DNA of 32,000 nucleotides from assembly GCF_021378375.1 (NCBI RefSeq), contig NZ_CP076228.1:1020001-1052000 (forward strand), given 5' to 3'. The position numbers were made by a program, and so were the translations under genes. This document shows, piece by piece, positions 28,776 through 32,000 of this stretch (positions within the stretch are counted from its first letter, which is position 1; every line of letters begins with the position of its first letter). Below the pieces are notes generated by a model that made no database searches, had not been told where the DNA came from, and was given only the letters and a program-made list of their open reading frames with translations. Origin of the DNA: Wolbachia endosymbiont of Drosophila innubila (GTDB lineage Bacteria; Pseudomonadota; Alphaproteobacteria; Rickettsiales; Anaplasmataceae).

Positions 28776-29603
28776 TTATTTATTATAGCTATAACACTGA
28801 AGTTTACAATCAGAACAAACCACTTGGCCACGTGGAACTGATTTCAGTTTATCAGTTGAAACTTGATTTGAGCAGAATATGCATTTTATTGTGTTGCTTG
28901 GAGTAAGTGAGTTATCAACAGCAATTCTATCATCAAAAACAAAACATTCTCCTTTCCAATTACCATTTTTATTATAAGTTTTTTCAAGGTAAGAAAGAAT
29001 GCCGCCTTTAAGATGGTAAACATCACTAAATCCAAGGCTTTTCATATATGCTGTAGATTTTTCGCATCTAATCCCACCAGTGCAGTACATAGCCACTTTC
29101 AGGTCTTTACTCTCAGAAAATGACTCTGTCCACTGAGGAAACTCACGGAAACATTGTGTGTGTGGATTAATTGCATTCTTAAACTTGCCTAATTTCACTT
29201 CATACTCGTTTCGTGTATCTATTACTAAAACGTCAGGTTGAGAAGTAAAATCATCCCAATGCTCTGGATCAACATATTTACCCCTAAGGGAAATATCAAG
29301 ATTGCTTACACCAAGATTCACAATCTCTCTTTTTAATTTTACCTTCATCTTGCTAAATGGTTGATATTCTGCTGCACTCTCTTTCCATGTAAGGTCCCTT
29401 AGCCTATAATCAGAACGTAGAAAATCGAATATTTTATCAATTGCGTTTCTTTCACCAGATATTGTTGCATTAACACCCTCTTCTGCAAGGAGTATAGTGC
29501 CCTTTAACTCAACGTTGTTGCATGCAGCTTTTATTTCGTCTTTCATGTCATAATAATTAGAGAGTTCTACAAAGTGATAGAAAGTTGCAATGACGAAGCT
29601 CAT
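28776..29603 (-). CDS. trhO: Rhodanese-like protein, UPF0176/TrhO family (tRNA uridine 5-hydroxylation)
   Basis: LKGTILLAEEGVNATISG, VLVIDTRNEYEVKLGKFKNAINP, MYCTGGIRCEKSTAYMKSLGF.VYHLKGGILSYLE, and a C-terminal cysteine cluster. The start is taken as internal Met at 29603 (MSFVIATFYHF); the tracked ORF extends to 29657. Confidence 0.93.
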   Translation of the reverse strand: MSFVIATFYHFVELSNYYDMKDEIKAACNNVELKGTILLAEEGVNATISGERNAIDKIFDFLRSDYRLRDLTWKESAAEYQPFSKMKVKLKREIVNLGVSNLDISLRGKYVDPEHWDDFTSQPDVLVIDTRNEYEVKLGKFKNAINPHTQCFREFPQWTESFSESKDLKVAMYCTGGIRCEKSTAYMKSLGFSDVYHLKGGILSYLEKTYNKNGNWKGECFVFDDRIAVDNSLTPSNTIKCIFCSNQVSTDKLKSVPRGQVVCSDCKLQCYSYNK

Positions 29604-29732
29604 GATTATTGACTTATCAACTAAAAACATGATATACAAAATTATAAAGATATTCAATAGTACGGCTGTTAATTACTGGATATCTTCAGTTTTTACATAT
29701 AACATTTTAATATAAAATATAGATTCAAATTA

Positions 29733-31331
29733 ATGTTTTTAAGAGTATTTAAAAATATATTCTTATTTTTAGTAAGCATATTATTCGTCTGCCCAATATT
29801 ATCATTAATATCAATCTTATTTACAGATTCAGCGAATTCCGAATGGGTAATCAGTACACTTTTTCCTGAATATATACTGAGTACGTTAATTTTGATGGTA
29901 GGAGTAGGGGGAATATCTTTCATATTTGGAGTAATTCCAGCTTGGCTCACCACATTTTTTTCATTTCCTGGAAGTAAAATTTTTGAGATTGCTTTGTTCT
30001 TTCCGATATCGATTCCTGGATATATAGTAGCGTTCGTCTATGTAAATACGCTAGAGTTTTCAGGTCCGGTGCAGAGCTTATTAAGAGACATTTTAGATTG
30101 GAGCAAAGGTGACTATTGGTTTCCTGAAATAAAATCCCTAGGTGGTGGAATATTAGTAATGGGATTCAGCCTATATCCATACGTTTATATGTTAGTTCGC
30201 TCAAGTCTAAAGAATGTTAGTAACTCAGTCACTATTGCGTCAACGCTTGGGTTCTCCTCATTGAAGAGCCTGTTTTCTGTTATCATACCCTCCATACGCC
30301 CATCAATTATAGCTGGGTTGTCTTTGGTACTAATGGAAGTAATTACAGATTTCGGCACACCACAGTTTCTTGCTATCGATACTTTTACGACAGGAATATA
30401 TCGCACCTGGTTTTTACTGCATGACAAATATTCAACTACTGTTTTAGCAGTTGCAGAATTAATTTTCGTTGTGATACTAATAGCTATCGAAAAAAAACTA
30501 CAAAAAAAAGGAATATCTTACTCTTCAATCAATACCAATTCGGACTATCACAACAAACGGAGTATAAGTGGCGCTATGCCGTTGATCTTTCCTTATCTTA
30601 TGTGTGTATTGCCGATCTTAATAGGTTTTATTTTGCCAATGATTCCGCTCATATATTGGAGCATAGAGAAGGGGTTTTTCATATACGAAGCAAGATTCTA
30701 TAACATAATAGCAAATAGCATTAGTTTATCATTTATCACCGCATTAATCTCAATTAGCATTGCAATAATGATTGGATATACGGCGCGTAAAAATAAGGTA
30801 ATCAACAATATAGCGCGTCTCATTTCTTTAGGCTACGCAATTCCAAATGCAATTATCGCAATTAGTATAATAATATTTTTAAGCAGAATATCCTCTTTCA
30901 TTACTCAATATGTTGTGGAAATTAGCTTGGTAGGAACTATTGGCGCATTAGTTTACTCATATTTATTTCGTTTTTTTGCTATATCTTTCAAGGCGGTAGA
31001 GTCAGGGCTCAAAAAAACACCAAATGAAATTGAGTGGACTGCATATACTATGGGTCATGGACCTATTTCCACATGTTTGAATGTTCATATCCCTCTCATC
31101 AAGAAGAGTATATTATCGGGATTTTTGCTCGTATTTATGGATACTATCAAAGAGCTCACAGCAACACTCATTATAAGACCATTTAATTTTGAAACTATAT
31201 CAACTAGAATATATGAACTTGTAAGCGATGAGCGCTATAGAGAAGCTGCCCCATTTTCGTTAATAATAGTTATAATAGGCTTAATCTCTACAATAACCTT
31301 ATTTACACTTGATGATAAGGATAAAAAATAA
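29733..31331 (+). CDS. Iron(III)-type ABC transporter permease (FbpB/SfuB-like, two fused permease domains)
   Basis: 532-aa hydrophobic ORF with two binding-protein-dependent permease signatures (LGFSSLKSLFSVIIPSIRPSIIAGLSLVLMEVITDFGTPQF; YTMGHGPISTCLNVHIPLIKKSILSGFLLVFMDTIKELTATLI). Confidence 0.88.
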   Translation: MFLRVFKNIFLFLVSILFVCPILSLISILFTDSANSEWVISTLFPEYILSTLILMVGVGGISFIFGVIPAWLTTFFSFPGSKIFEIALFFPISIPGYIVAFVYVNTLEFSGPVQSLLRDILDWSKGDYWFPEIKSLGGGILVMGFSLYPYVYMLVRSSLKNVSNSVTIASTLGFSSLKSLFSVIIPSIRPSIIAGLSLVLMEVITDFGTPQFLAIDTFTTGIYRTWFLLHDKYSTTVLAVAELIFVVILIAIEKKLQKKGISYSSINTNSDYHNKRSISGAMPLIFPYLMCVLPILIGFILPMIPLIYWSIEKGFFIYEARFYNIIANSISLSFITALISISIAIMIGYTARKNKVINNIARLISLGYAIPNAIIAISIIIFLSRISSFITQYVVEISLVGTIGALVYSYLFRFFAISFKAVESGLKKTPNEIEWTAYTMGHGPISTCLNVHIPLIKKSILSGFLLVFMDTIKELTATLIIRPFNFETISTRIYELVSDERYREAAPFSLIIVIIGLISTITLFTLDDKDKK

Positions 31332-31336
31332 ACGTA

Positions 31337-32000
31337 ACCGTTCACACTTAATTCTTCAATCTCACTAATAGAAAGGCCAGTAAACTTAACAATAGTGTTG
31401 ACATCAACATTATTAGCCAGCATTGCTTTTGCGACTTCAATTTTCCCTTCAATTTTCCCTTCAATTTTCCCTTCAATTTTCCCTTCAATTTTCCCTTCAA
31501 TTTTCCCTTCAATTTTCCCTTCAATTTTCCCTTCAATTTTCCCTTCAATTTTCCCTTTCTCTATACCTTTTTGTATACCTTTCTCTTCAGCAAGATCAAG
31601 TCTGTATTCAAGAATGGCTTCTTCTTTGCGCAGATCCATTATTCTTTCTTCATAAGTTATTAGATCTTTTTCATTCCAGTGAAACTTATCTAATTCATCA
31701 TATGCTAGCTTTATTATTGGTGATTTTTCCGCAATTTTTCTGAGATCTTCGTCCGTTGTTTCATCTGCATATTTGAAAAAAATAGCCAACGGTCTACTAC
31801 ACTTTCTAGTTGTTCTTCTCTACTCTTAGGAAATTTTGGCAGCTCTATGAAGATAAATTGAAAATCTTTTAAGTCATGCTCATTGGTTTTCATCTCTTAT
31901 GGTATGGCTAGATATATAGTCAAGCTTATCAGGGAATAAGGTACAATTTGAAATCGCGATAAAGAAAATCTTCTTTAAATCAACGTATTTACCAGATTTA
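31337..32000 (-). pseudogene. Rpn-like/PD-(D/E)XK nuclease-transposase family protein, copy 2, frameshifted, runs off the window
   Basis: Near-identical to 9990..10640 at a constant offset of 21347, with the same (KIEG)9 tract. Homopolymer losses at 31778..31784 and 31887..31890 relative to copy 1 break the frame. Confidence 0.85.

Noticed and set aside
31235-31336. C-terminal extension (YVYFLSLSSSVNKVIVEIKPIITIINENGAASL) of Rpn-like copy 2
   Set aside because: It is antisense to the 3' end of the iron permease gene; copy 1 ends differently just beyond the shared segment, so this is junction read-through rather than a real domain.

Overview
This window looks like Wolbachia (Rickettsiales) chromosome, judged from gene content and repeats; no database search was run. 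The housekeeping backbone is polA, xth, hemD, tRNA-Leu(CAG), tldD, iscS, an addB-like gene, purL, uvrA, topA, a trhO-like rhodanese gene and an iron ABC permease. Mobile debris is interspersed: an IS3-type remnant, two ~912-bp IS5-type elements with decayed ORFs, a second degraded IS5/IS4-type transposase, a 5'-truncated group II intron, a phage terminase fragment, and two near-identical copies of an Rpn-like (PD-(D/E)XK) gene with 12-bp coding tandem repeats. Main points for follow-up: (1) topA is split exactly at an in-phase A_AAA_AAA heptamer, so either slippage or frameshifting rescues it, or it is an assembly error or real lesion. (2) A recognisable group II intron domain V/VI places the intron 3' end inside the Rpn-like ORF. 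(3) Palindromic repeats are inserted in frame in purL (three sites) and apparently in addB. (4) A small inverted-repeat (MITE-like) element sits exactly in the 5-nt loop of one palindromic repeat, with that loop sequence (CTTGA) duplicated. (5) An IS5 element separates comF from a phage terminase fragment. I found no convincing multi-gene defence or other new system; the novelty is at the level of repeats and recoding.
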